From Candidatus Pampinifervens sinense (GTDB lineage Bacteria > Aquificota > Aquificia > Aquificales > Aquificaceae), in contig JAXSPP010000009.1 in the NCBI GenBank assembly GCA_037927135.1, positions 1 through 64,000 of the forward strand: DNA of 64,000 nt, read 5' to 3'. Both the position numbers and the translations under genes were made by a program. Of this stretch, positions 39,739-49,558 are shown piece after piece. The notes under the pieces were generated by a model that was not told the DNA's origin, searched no databases, and saw nothing but the letters and a program-made list of their open reading frames with translations. The number at the start of each line of letters is the position of its first letter. Position 1 is the first letter of the stretch.

Positions 39739-40437
39739 ATGGGTTCTCTAAAGGTGGTTGTATTGACTGGTGCTGGCATATCGGCAGAAAGCGGTATACC
39801 CACCTTTAGAGGGCCTGATGGCCTTTGGAGAAGCTATAAGCCTGAAGAGCTGGCCACTCCAGAGGCTTTCAGAAGAGACCCCTCTTTGGTTTGGGAGTGG
39901 TATCTTTGGAGGAGAAGCATAATAGCCAAGGCTGAACCCAATGAAGGCCATAAGGGGTTGGTTCTCTTAGAAGAAAGGTATAAGGATAGTTTTTTACTTC
40001 TCACACAAAATGTGGATGGCTTACACCAAAGGGCTGGTTCTAAAAGGGTTGTGGAATTGCATGGTAATATATGGCGTGTAAGGTGTTTAAACTGTGGAGC
40101 ACGGTATTATGATTACAACACTTTTTATGAGAAGCTTCCACCCAGTTGTAAGGAGTGTGGGGGCCTGATAAGGCCTGATGTGGTTTGGTTTGGTGAAAGC
40201 CTTCCGGAGGATGCCCTTGAAAAGGCCTTTGAGGGTGCATCCTCTTGTCAGGTGTTTGTAGTGATAGGTACTTCTGGCGTGGTTTATCCTGCAGGAGGCC
40301 TCCCCTTTTTGGCCAAAAGAAAGGGTGCAAAGGTCATAGAGATAAACACGGAGGAAACGCCCATATCTTCCATAGCTGACCTTGTGATAAGGGAGCCTGC
40401 AAGCCTTGGAGTAAAAAAACTTCTGGAGGAGCTATGA
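39739..40437 (+). CDS. cobB: NAD-dependent protein deacylase (sirtuin)
   Basis: [28 protein letters not shown], two Cxx[19 protein letters not shown]. Confidence 0.95.
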   Translation: MGSLKVVVLTGAGISAESGIPTFRGPDGLWRSYKPEELATPEAFRRDPSLVWEWYLWRRSIIAKAEPNEGHKGLVLLEERYKDSFLLLTQNVDGLHQRAGSKRVVELHGNIWRVRCLNCGARYYDYNTFYEKLPPSCKECGGLIRPDVVWFGESLPEDALEKAFEGASSCQVFVVIGTSGVVYPAGGLPFLAKRKGAKVIEINTEETPISSIADLVIREPASLGVKKLLEEL

Positions 40438-41363
40438 AGGTACATATAATGGGATCTGATCAAAGGATAGTAAGATGTGCCAGAGTTTCCTTCGGGAGGG
40501 ATCAAGAGGTAAATGTAGAAAGGGACATAAAGCTTATAAGGTATCTTCTGAAGCATAAGCATGCATCACCCTTTGAACATGTTATAATAGCCGTGGAAGC
40601 GGACAAAAGCCTATGGCTTGACCTTCTTAGTCGTATTGAAAACCCAGCGGTGCAATTGTATTACTCCGGAGGTTTCATATGGTTCAATCTAAGAAGCTTT
40701 ATAAACGCCTATCCGCATGTGCCGGAGGGTCTAGAAGAATACTTACAGAAGGCCTTGCCCGCTACTGTGGCCATATGGAAGGGGGAGGAAGTAAAAGATT
40801 ACAGCAAAGATGATGCTTATTTAAAGGAAAGGATAGAAACATCTTCTGGATGGGTGGGCCTTGTGGACAGCCTTGAGCTTGGCACCGACATGGACTACTA
40901 TACCTTTGTTATTGAATGCCCACTGTTTGTAGCACGCCAATGGCACAGGCATAGGTTTGGCTCTTACAATGAAATCAGCAGAAGGTATGTGGACTATGAG
41001 CCAGATTTTTATGTGCCAAGGTATTTGAGGAAACAGGCAGAGAGCAACAAGCAAGCATCCATAGACGAACCAATAGAAGAGCCTTGGAATTCTCTTTTCT
41101 TAAAGAAGATAAAATGGTACATAGAAGACCTAAAGTCTCTCTATAGGGCTATGGTGGAGAAAAAAGTGGCAAAGGAGATAGCAAGGGGCATCTTACCCCA
41201 GTTTATGAAAACAAGGTTCTACTGGACTGTTCCTAGGATAGCCTTAGACAACTTTATAGCCCTAAGGACACATCCACACGCACAACAAGAAATAAGGGAG
41301 CTAGCCTTGGCCATAAAAGAATTGGTAGGCTACAAGGAGAGGGATAAAAAGCTTAGGCTGTAG
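40434..41363 (+). CDS. thyX: FAD-dependent thymidylate synthase (long form)
   Basis: [41 protein letters not shown]. Confidence 0.93.
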   Translation: MKVHIMGSDQRIVRCARVSFGRDQEVNVERDIKLIRYLLKHKHASPFEHVIIAVEADKSLWLDLLSRIENPAVQLYYSGGFIWFNLRSFINAYPHVPEGLEEYLQKALPATVAIWKGEEVKDYSKDDAYLKERIETSSGWVGLVDSLELGTDMDYYTFVIECPLFVARQWHRHRFGSYNEISRRYVDYEPDFYVPRYLRKQAESNKQASIDEPIEEPWNSLFLKKIKWYIEDLKSLYRAMVEKKVAKEIARGILPQFMKTRFYWTVPRIALDNFIALRTHPHAQQEIRELALAIKELVGYKERDKKLRL

Positions 41364-41619
41364 TTGCCTCTACAGGTATGACGCTGACAACCTTCCTATT
41401 TTTCCTTGTTTCAAACTTCACTATACCATCTACCAGTGCAAAAAGGGTAAAGTCTGAACCCATTCCCACATTCCTTCCTGGATATATCCTTGTGCCCCTC
41501 TGTCTTACTATGATATTTCCAGCCCTAACAAACTGTCCATCGTGCCTCTTTACTCCTAGCCTTTTAGAATGACTATCTCTTCCGTTTTTCGTTGAGCCAC
41601 CACTGGCCTTTGAAGCCAT
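41353..41619 (-). CDS. rpmA: 50S ribosomal protein L27
   Basis: [25 protein letters not shown]. Confidence 0.98.
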   Translation of the reverse strand: MASKASGGSTKNGRDSHSKRLGVKRHDGQFVRAGNIIVRQRGTRIYPGRNVGMGSDFTLFALVDGIVKFETRKNRKVVSVIPVEATTA

Positions 41620-41621
41620 GC

Positions 41622-41921
41622 TTACACCTCCTCAATTTCTTTTATCAATATCTCTGTATAAGGCTGTCTATGACCTCTCCACCTTTTGTAGTTTTTCTTT
41701 GCCCTAAACTTGAACACAATAACCTTTTTGTGCTTTCCATGGGACAGAACTTCTGCCACAACCTTGCCTTTATTGAACTCCAAAGAACCATCCTCTTTTC
41801 TTATAAGAAGTGGCTTAAATTCTATTAGCGTGCCAGGCTCATAGGGTAGCTTTTCTACCTTAAGTCTTAAACCCTTTTCAACCTTATACTGCTTTCCACC
41901 CGTTTCTATAACAGCGTACAT
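41622..41921 (-). CDS. rplU: 50S ribosomal protein L21
   Basis: [21 protein letters not shown]. Confidence 0.98.
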   Translation of the reverse strand: MYAVIETGGKQYKVEKGLRLKVEKLPYEPGTLIEFKPLLIRKEDGSLEFNKGKVVAEVLSHGKHKKVIVFKFRAKKNYKRWRGHRQPYTEILIKEIEEV

Positions 41922-41952
41922 AGCCCTTCACTCCTAATTATAAAACTGTTGC

Positions 41953-41967
41953 GGGGGCAAAGCCCCC
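41953..41967 (-). repeat. GC hairpin GGGGGC-TTT-GCCCCC after the Gln-rich lipoprotein gene (same as 6440-6454)
   Basis: Exact reverse-complement copy. Confidence 0.6.
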
Positions 41968-41977
41968 AAACAAAAGC

Positions 41978-42199
41978 TTACTTCTTTTGCTCGCCAGCAG
42001 GCTGTTGTTGTTCAGCGGGTTGTTGTTGCTGCTGTTGCTGTTGTTCAGCTGGTTGCTGTTGTGCAGGCTGTTGTGGTTGTGCAGGTTGAGCGGGTTGCTG
42101 TTGTTCTGCTGGTTGCTGTTGCTGTTCTGCTGGCTTCTGCTGGCAAGATACTGCCAGTAGTGCAAGACCTACCGCTCCAAGTGCTATAAGCTTCCTCAT
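41978..42199 (-). CDS. Small Gln/Pro/Ala-repeat lipoprotein
   Basis: GAGGAGGTGA SD, signal peptide with lipobox LAVSC, PAEQQQ repeats. Confidence 0.85.
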   Translation of the reverse strand: MRKLIALGAVGLALLAVSCQQKPAEQQQQPAEQQQPAQPAQPQQPAQQQPAEQQQQQQQQPAEQQQPAGEQKK

Positions 42200-42236
42200 T
42201 TTTTCACCTCCTCTATAAAAGTATTTTGAACCAAAA

Positions 42237-42728
42237 TTATAAAGCAGACTTATTTAACTTGTCAAGTTCTTTTAAAAGGCTTTCCACATGCCCCTTTGCC
42301 TTTACATTGTACCAAGCCTTTACGACCTTTCCTTCTGGTGATATAAGAAAGGTACTTCTGATTATGCCTTCTTTTTCCTTCCCGTACATCTTCTTCTTAC
42401 CGTATGCTCCATACGCTTTAGCTACCTCCTTTTCTGGATCGCTCAAAAGCGCAAAGTTCAACCCATACTTTTCCCTAAACCTTTTATGGGATTGAAGGTC
42501 ATCCGGGCTTATGCCTACAACCACAAAGCCCTTAGCCTGTAGTATGTTCATATTGTCTCTGAAATCGCAGGCTTCTTGGGTGCATCCTGGTGTGTCATCT
42601 TTGGGATAAAAGTAGAGGATAAGGTGGGAAGAGAGGAAGTCTTTAAGGCAATACTTCCCCTCTCTTCCCTCTTTATCTAAGCCCTCTAGACAAAAGTCTG
42701 GTGCCAAGTCTCCTTCCTTTAGCATCAT
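42237..42728 (-). CDS. bcp: Bcp/PrxQ peroxiredoxin
   Basis: LYFYPKDDTPGCTQEACDFRD, RSTFLI. Confidence 0.93.
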   Translation of the reverse strand: MMLKEGDLAPDFCLEGLDKEGREGKYCLKDFLSSHLILYFYPKDDTPGCTQEACDFRDNMNILQAKGFVVVGISPDDLQSHKRFREKYGLNFALLSDPEKEVAKAYGAYGKKKMYGKEKEGIIRSTFLISPEGKVVKAWYNVKAKGHVESLLKELDKLNKSAL

Positions 42729-44686
42729 CCGTAGGTGTCTCCTTCAGGCTTTACTGGTTCTATCCTAAGCAAGGCATCCTCTGGTGTTACGTTATCTCCA
42801 GGCTTTACAAAGATCTTTTTGACTATGCCCGTAATGGGTGCATGGATCTCGTTCTCCATCTTCATGGCCTCCACTATCGCCACCGTCTGACCCTCGTTTA
42901 CGGGCTGACCTTCTTCCACCAGTATCCTTACAACCCTACCGGGCATAGGTGCTGTGGCATCACCTGGTTGGGTTGCCTTTGGAATGCCTTTTTCCTCCGC
43001 TTGGGCCACCGCTTGAGGAATGCCACCGGAAGGTATAGCTTCCTTTTGGGGCATAAGTTGCACCTCTTCCAACCTTCCATCAACCCTTATGTAATACTTC
43101 CTAGGCTTGCCTGGTTCTGTATGGGCGCTAACACCTTCCACTTTAACCTTAAACTTCTCTCCATGGTAAACTATTTCAAACTCTACCGGTGCTGCACCTG
43201 GAACTGTGCCAGCTTTTACCTCTGTGGTTTCCGCCAACTCTTCTATAGGCTCTGGATGTAACTCTCCCTTCTCTCTTGCTATAAAGAAGTCCTTTGCCTG
43301 CATGGGGAAGAGGGCATATAGAAGCACCTCCTCATCGGTAGGTTCTCTTCCCAAAAGGGCCTTTGTTTCTTCGTAGGCCTTGTCCCAGTCGTTGGGGTCT
43401 GCAAGGTCTGCAGCCCTTATGGAGAAGTCTGGTTCTTTGCCTGGACCAAGTATCTTTTCTGCAAGCTCTTTGGATATGGGGCCCGGTGGCTTTCCATACT
43501 TACCTTCCACATAGTCCCTTACCTCTTTGGTAATTACCTTATACCTTTCTCCAGATATGACGTTTAGGACGGCTTGCACACCCACTATTTGGGAAGAAGG
43601 TGTAAGAAGTGGTGGATAACCCAGATCCCTCTCCACATTTGGCACTTCTGCCAATGCCTCCTCTATCTTGTCCAAAGCGTTGGCCTCTATAAGCTGAGCT
43701 ACCATGTTGGATATCATTCCACCTGGAATCTTGTGTATGAGAACCTTTGCATTTACTCCAGCATACTCTGTTTCATACTTCTTATACTTTCTGCGGATCT
43801 GTCTTGCTATTTCGGCACACTCTTCTATCTTTCTGAGATCAAGGCCCGTATCAAAGGGTGTGCCCTCAAGCATGGCCACTACGGACTCGGTAGCCGGATG
43901 TGAAGATCCAAAGGCTAGAGGAGAAAGAACTGTATCCACCATATCTACACCAGCCAGTATGGCCATCATATGGTTCACTATGGCCGTTCCGCTCATGTCG
44001 TGGTTGTGAAGCAACACAGGCAGTTTACCACCAGTGGCCTCTTTTATACCCTTTATTATGGCATAGGTTTCAAAGGGCATTATAATACCAGTGGCATCTT
44101 TAAAGGAGAGCCAGTCTGCACCCATTTCAGCTATCTCAAGAGCGTACTCAATCCACTTCTGGTAGGTATGCACTGGGCTCCTAGTATAACTTATCTCAGC
44201 ATGGGCCTCTCCACCAAGCTCCTTTATGGCCTTTATGGCCGTTTCTATATTCCTGTTGTCATTGAGGGCATCAAAGACTCTAAAAACGGTTATACCGTTG
44301 GCTATGGCCCTTTCTACAAACTTGTAGACAAGCTTGTCCGATTTTGGCCTATATCCCACAATATTCTGACCTCTAAAGAGCATCTGCAGTTTGGTGTTGG
44401 GCATAACCTCCTTTATACGCCTTAGCCTCTCCCATGGGTCTTCCTTTAAGTACCTCAAGCAGACATCGTAAGTTGCACCACCCCAAACCTCTACAGCGTA
44501 AAAACCTACCTTATCCAGCTTTTCACACAGGGGCAAGAGGTCATCGGTCCTTACGCGCGTTGCCAGCTTACACTGTATGCCATCCCTTGGTGTAAGGTCT
44601 GTGATCAATATCTTCTTTTTAAAGCCTGTCCTCTCATACTCTTTTAACTTCTCTTGAATCTCTTCCATTATCTCCACTGGATGCAT
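42725..44686 (-). CDS. cfiA: 2-oxoglutarate carboxylase large subunit (carboxyltransferase + biotin carrier)
   Basis: RDGIQCKLATR, EVWGGATYD, HNHD, EAMKM biotin motif; N-terminus (VEIMEEI..KKILITDLTPRDG) as I recall it for Hydrogenobacter CfiA rather than PycB. Confidence 0.85.
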   Translation of the reverse strand: MHPVEIMEEIQEKLKEYERTGFKKKILITDLTPRDGIQCKLATRVRTDDLLPLCEKLDKVGFYAVEVWGGATYDVCLRYLKEDPWERLRRIKEVMPNTKLQMLFRGQNIVGYRPKSDKLVYKFVERAIANGITVFRVFDALNDNRNIETAIKAIKELGGEAHAEISYTRSPVHTYQKWIEYALEIAEMGADWLSFKDATGIIMPFETYAIIKGIKEATGGKLPVLLHNHDMSGTAIVNHMMAILAGVDMVDTVLSPLAFGSSHPATESVVAMLEGTPFDTGLDLRKIEECAEIARQIRRKYKKYETEYAGVNAKVLIHKIPGGMISNMVAQLIEANALDKIEEALAEVPNVERDLGYPPLLTPSSQIVGVQAVLNVISGERYKVITKEVRDYVEGKYGKPPGPISKELAEKILGPGKEPDFSIRAADLADPNDWDKAYEETKALLGREPTDEEVLLYALFPMQAKDFFIAREKGELHPEPIEELAETTEVKAGTVPGAAPVEFEIVYHGEKFKVKVEGVSAHTEPGKPRKYYIRVDGRLEEVQLMPQKEAIPSGGIPQAVAQAEEKGIPKATQPGDATAPMPGRVVRILVEEGQPVNEGQTVAIVEAMKMENEIHAPITGIVKKIFVKPGDNVTPEDALLRIEPVKPEGDTYG

Positions 44687-44705
44687 GCCTTACCTCCTCA
44701 AGTTT

Positions 44706-46124
44706 TTATAATCCATGGTAAGCGGCTATGGCCGCAGATATAAGGGCCACAAAATCTTCTTTATCCCTATGCTCTTGATAATCAAAGAGATGAGGGTGTG
44801 TTTCTAAATACCTTGTGTTAAACTTACCAGCTCTAAAGTCTGGATCTTCCATTATCTTTATCAGCAAGGGTATGGTGGTCTTTATGCCTGTAATCTCATA
44901 GGTTTCCAATGCAGCCTTCATCCTGTCTACAGCCACCTCCCATTGAGGCGCCCACACTATAAGCTTTGCTATCATGGAATCGTAATAAGGTGTTATCTCG
45001 TAGCCCCTTGAAGCAGCATGCTCTACCCTTATGCCAAAACCACCAGGCACATAGTACCTTTCTATAGTGCCTATACTAGGAGCAAAGTTCTTCTTAGGGT
45101 CTTCCGCGTTTATCCTACATTCTATGGCATAACCGTTAAACTTTATGTCTTCTTGTTTATACCTTAAGGGCTCTCCAGCGGCTATCCTTATCTGCCACTT
45201 TACTATATCTATGCCAGTTATCATCTCCGTGACAGGGTGCTCCACCTGAATCCTTGTATTCATCTCAATAAAGTAAAGGTTTCCCTTTTCGTCCGCTACA
45301 AATTCCATTGTGCCGGCGCTGTAATAGCCTATCTCCTTGGCCGTCTTTACCACAAGGCTTCCGTAATACTCCCTTTGCTCTGGTGTAAGAAGCAAAGAGG
45401 GGGCTATCTCCACAAGCTTTTGGTTTCTCCTTTGAATGGAGCAATCCCTCTCTCCCAAATGTATCACATTTCCATACTTGTCTCCCAAAACCTGAAACTC
45501 AATATGATGTGGATTTTCTATGTATTTTTCAAGCAAAAGGTCTCCCCTTCCAAAGGCCTTTAGGGCCTCGTTGTAGGCGCTCTCATAGTTTCTCAAAAGC
45601 TCTTCTTCATTTCTACATATCCTAATACCCCTTCCACCACCACCGGCGGAAGCTTTTAAAAGAACAGGATAGCCTATCTCTTTTGCTATCTGCTTTGCTT
45701 CCTGTTCATCCTTTAAAATACCATCGCTTCCCGGCACAGTGGGAAGGCCTGTCTTTTTAGCTATCTCCTTTGACCTTGCCTTGTCTCCCATAAGCTCTAT
45801 AACCTTCCAGTGGGGCCCTATGAAGGTTATTCCCTTTTCTTCGCATAGCCTTGCAAAATGTTCATTTTCTGCCAAGAAGCCATAGCCGGGATGTATAGCC
45901 TCCGCACCAACCTCTAAGGCAAGGTCCACTATGCGCTCCGCATTGAGGTACGTGTCCAGTGGATTTACCCCTATCATATAGGCCTCATCGGCCATCTTTA
46001 CATGCCTTGCTGTAGATTCTATCTCATTGTATATGGCCACCGTTTTAATCCCAAGCTCTTTACAAGCCCTTATGATCCTACAGGCTATTTCACCCCTGTT
46101 GGCTATAAGGACCTTTTTGAACAT
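44706..46124 (-). CDS. cfiB: 2-oxoglutarate carboxylase small subunit (biotin carboxylase)
   Basis: ANRGEIA, HPGYGFLAEN, GGGGRG, ERDCSIQRR, EMNTRIQVEH, YYDSMIAK; adjacent to cfiA. Confidence 0.85.
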   Translation of the reverse strand: MFKKVLIANRGEIACRIIRACKELGIKTVAIYNEIESTARHVKMADEAYMIGVNPLDTYLNAERIVDLALEVGAEAIHPGYGFLAENEHFARLCEEKGITFIGPHWKVIELMGDKARSKEIAKKTGLPTVPGSDGILKDEQEAKQIAKEIGYPVLLKASAGGGGRGIRICRNEEELLRNYESAYNEALKAFGRGDLLLEKYIENPHHIEFQVLGDKYGNVIHLGERDCSIQRRNQKLVEIAPSLLLTPEQREYYGSLVVKTAKEIGYYSAGTMEFVADEKGNLYFIEMNTRIQVEHPVTEMITGIDIVKWQIRIAAGEPLRYKQEDIKFNGYAIECRINAEDPKKNFAPSIGTIERYYVPGGFGIRVEHAASRGYEITPYYDSMIAKLIVWAPQWEVAVDRMKAALETYEITGIKTTIPLLIKIMEDPDFRAGKFNTRYLETHPHLFDYQEHRDKEDFVALISAAIAAYHGL

Positions 46125-46133
46125 GCCTACCTC

Positions 46134-46550
46134 CTAGAGGAGTTCTATCTTGTATTCAATGGGGGCAACTTTGTTTATCATGTATGCTATGGAACATGTG
46201 CCAGGGTCATATATGGTCTTATCAAGGGCCTTTTTTACATCCTCTTCTGTGACATCACCCTTCACCTTTACATATAGGTATATCTTGGTAAAGACCTTGG
46301 GATAGCCTTCGGTTACCCTCTCTGCATCCGTTTCTATCTCTATGTGCTCTGTGTGCTTTCCCTCATTGTGAAGGGCTTCATAGAGGTGGATACCTACACA
46401 GCCCGCTATAGAATGAAAAAGGAGTTCTGGGGGTCTTATACCCCTACCCTTTCCACCCACATAGCCTGCGGCATCTATGGGCACTTCCTTTCCTGCTTCA
46501 CCCACACCTACAAAGTGAAAATCTTCCTTCTGAACCACCCTTACCTTCAT
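46134..46550 (-). CDS. OsmC/Ohr family protein
   Basis: GIRPPELL..IAGC and CSIA; 138 aa. Confidence 0.85.
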   Translation of the reverse strand: MKVRVVQKEDFHFVGVGEAGKEVPIDAAGYVGGKGRGIRPPELLFHSIAGCVGIHLYEALHNEGKHTEHIEIETDAERVTEGYPKVFTKIYLYVKVKGDVTEEDVKKALDKTIYDPGTCSIAYMINKVAPIEYKIELL

Positions 46551-46640
46551 TCCAACCTCCTAAAAAGGGTGATATAAATTATAAGCCATATTTTCAAAAA
46601 GTGGTGGTTTTTATCATAAAAAAGTGAAACTAAAAGTTCC

Positions 46641-47129
46641 TTATTTGGCCCTTGCTTCAAAAAGGCAAAGTTCTTTACCCTGATCTTGACACTCTAATTC
46701 CTTGCACTCCCAAGATCTGCCTGTGATCTCCTCAAGGACACCTGCAAAGGCACCTGCCAAAGGAAGACAAACGGGTTTATTGCTTTGCATCTTCTCCGCA
46801 AAGAAGGACCCTTTCACCCTTGCAAGTATGTAATCCTCCCCTTTTACTTCAAACTCCACCTCCTTACAAAAGCCAGGAATTTCAATAAAGGCTTTTAAAT
46901 AGGGTGTAAGCTCCTCAAGGGAAAAGGTAGCACTTCTTAATAGATTCTTTATATGCTCACCGACCACATGCCCAGACCTCTTTCCCGCAAAGTTCAAAAG
47001 GGCACCCACACCAAAGCCCGATAGTTTAAAGAGTTGAGAATAGAACTCTTGGAGTGGATCCTTTAGTATCATAACAGACCTATTTCTGTAAAGCTCTTCT
47101 ACCTTTGAAACTATTTCCCTGTAATCCAT
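46641..47129 (-). CDS. V4R (4-vinyl reductase) domain protein
   Basis: PVCLPLAGAFAGVLEEITG..CKELECQDQGKELCLF. Confidence 0.8.
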   Translation of the reverse strand: MDYREIVSKVEELYRNRSVMILKDPLQEFYSQLFKLSGFGVGALLNFAGKRSGHVVGEHIKNLLRSATFSLEELTPYLKAFIEIPGFCKEVEFEVKGEDYILARVKGSFFAEKMQSNKPVCLPLAGAFAGVLEEITGRSWECKELECQDQGKELCLFEARAK

Positions 47130-47176
47130 GGAACACCCCCTCAAGCTTTATAGTGTAGTATAAGGTAAGGCATGCC

Positions 47177-49125
47177 TTATGCGAAGATCTCCCTTCCATC
47201 CTCTCTCCAGACTGCTATGGTAGAAGGCCTTGGAATGTTGGCCGTGCCATCATAGGGCCACCTGCTAGAAGGGTTGTTTGTGTCTGTTTCCCCCGGATGT
47301 TGTATGTTGCAGAAGAAGGTCCTCCAATCATCGGAGAATTCTGGACCGCATATTTCACAGCCCCGCACTCCAGAGAGAAACATCTTAAGCTCTTTTGTAA
47401 ATGGGTTTAAAACGTAGACTCCATCGTTTTTCTTAAGCCTGCTTGAGCTTGGATTTCCATCGGTAGCTATCCACACGTTGCCAAGTTTGTCTATCACAAA
47501 GTTGTCCGGTGCCGATATGGCTGGCACTTGGGAGTTTGCAAACTGTCCGTAGATGATGAGCCTGTTGTCTATTATCGGAGAGGAAGGGTCTCCACAGAGC
47601 ACTGGTATCTGCCACCTAAAGGTCAAAGAAGCTGGGTTTTGATTGTCTTCCATTATCTCAAGTATATGGCCCATAAGGTTTGGAGATCTAGGATTTGCTG
47701 CATCGGCAGGAGGCTGACCAGATTGACCCCTTCTCTCATTGTATGTAAGGGCCACCCACACGCTTTTGGTCATTGGGTTCCACTCCATATCCTCAGGCCT
47801 GTCCATCTTGGTGGCGCCTAAGGCATCGGCCGCTCCCCTTGTGTTTATAAAGCATAAGACTGGATCACTTTGAAATTCCTGTGGAAGGGCTGGGTTTGGT
47901 GTAATCTGATATGTGCCATCGGGATTCTTCTCACATTTAGCTATTAGCAACCACTGGCCTGTAAAGTTATCGTTAAACTTTGCCACATAAAGTTCTCCCT
48001 CGTCCAAAAGGCCCCAGTTGGCATCCCTGCTACTTGGGTTATATCTACCCTTGGTTATAAACTTATACACATACTCAAATCTTTCATCGTCCCCCATGTA
48101 GACCACTACCCTACCATCGGGCGCCACCACGCATGTGGCCCCTTCATGCTTAAACCTTCCGAGGGCTGTCCTCTTCACAGGCTTTTTGCTTGGGTCCATT
48201 GGGTCTATCTCCACCACCCATCCAAACCTAAAGGCTTCATTGGGCTCTTGATTTATGTTGAACCTGCTGTCTATGTTGTGAAAGCCATAATACTTACTGT
48301 AGCCACTTGGTACACCATACCTTTGGTGTATGGCTTTAACTGTAGGGTCCTGAAGCTGGTTTATATCTCCCGCAAAGTAAGAATGGAAGTTTTCCTCACA
48401 GGTTAGCATGGTGCCCCAAGGTGTTTTTCCGCCCGCGCAGTTGTTGAGAGTGCCACGAACTACTGTGCCAGTGGGATCATAAGAGGTTTTCATCAGGTTG
48501 TGCCCCCTTGCAGGACCAGAGATCTCTATCTCCGTTGAGCCCGTTATCCTCCTGTTGTATGGTGAGCCCTTCACATACTCCCAAGAGCCATCGGGCCTTC
48601 TTCTTGCCTCCACTATGGAAACTCCATGAGCCTCCAGCATAAACCTTGACTCATTAGCCGTAGGTCTTCCAGAGTTTGGATTGCCTTGATCATCTAAAAA
48701 GTTGCTAAACATGAGCTCTGGGTTTGTGTATTCGTGGTTTATGGCAAGGAGGATCTTTCCGTTGGGAGCTCTAAAAAAGCCCAAAAAGTCGCAGTTATAG
48801 CCAAAGCAATTCTTTTGACGTTCTATATCTTGGTCTGTGGGGCCATTTTGATAGATGCTATCCCAGTTTAGGTTTGGACCACTATCCAGCGCATCTCCCC
48901 ACCTTATTACCACATTGTGCTTGTAGCCTTCTGGCAGAGTTATCCTGTCCTCTGTGTTTGGATAGATGGTCTTAAAGCTCAAGGGTGGTTGGGTTGCCTC
49001 CGCCAAGGAGCCACCACCCCACCACAGGCTACAAGAGCAAGGCCCGCACTACCAAAGATGGCAGACTTTAATACCTCTCTCCTACTCAAGGCTCTTTTCA
49101 ATACGTCCCCAAAATACTCACCCAT
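47177..49125 (-). pseudogene. phoX: PhoX-family alkaline phosphatase, Tat lipoprotein, frameshifted at 49017-49020 (real lesion or sequencing error)
   Basis: AAGGAGG SD + ATG 49125, SRREVLK twin-Arg, LVAC lipobox. The body (NCAGGKTPWGT, CEEN, GRFKHE, MDRPED, PDN, NIQHPG) is offset by one missing base (119 nt from 49125 to 49006). Confidence 0.85.
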
Positions 49126-49168
49126 GGCTTTGCCTCCTTAAGGTTTTGGACTAAGTTTATGGGCTTTT

Positions 49169-49208
49169 TGTTAAGAAATCTTTAAGGTTTGGTTAAGTTT
49201 TGGTTAAC
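49169..49208 (-). promoter_or_regulatory. Pho-box-like direct repeats upstream of phoX
   Basis: TTAACC/TTAACC/TTAAAG/TTAACA at exact 11-bp period (TTAA at 49204, 49193, 49182, 49171). Confidence 0.75.
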
Positions 49209-49246
49209 ATGTGAAACTAAGAGAGACTTCGTGCTAAGATTTTAAT

Positions 49247-49558
49247 ATGGAAGAGCTAGATTTTTACATCTCCCAGATAGCAAAGATTTTGGGCCTTGCA
49301 CAGCCTTTGGGCTTTATGCTTTCCTACGAGCTGGGAGATATATGGATAGACATCTACCTTGAAAAGGATAAGGAAGGCTGGTCTGGAAGAACCTATACTA
49401 TAAGCGTTCCAAAGGAAAAGGCAGACAGGTTAAAAAAACTTGTAGAAAAGGTGGGCTTATCTGGGGAAGAGGTCATATATGATTCAGAAAGGGCATACAT
49501 AAGCTTTCCCTATGAAGATTGGGAAACGGTTAGTCCTGCTATAATGAGTTTACTATGA
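49247..49558 (+). CDS. Hypothetical protein
   Basis: 103-aa ORF with TGCTAAGAT box upstream and ATGA coupling to the next gene. Confidence 0.7.
   Translation: MEELDFYISQIAKILGLAQPLGFMLSYELGDIWIDIYLEKDKEGWSGRTYTISVPKEKADRLKKLVEKVGLSGEEVIYDSERAYISFPYEDWETVSPAIMSLL

Noticed and set aside
41938-42165. 75-aa Asn/Ser-rich ORF
   Set aside because: Alternative frame of the Gln-repeat lipoprotein; no SD or signal peptide.
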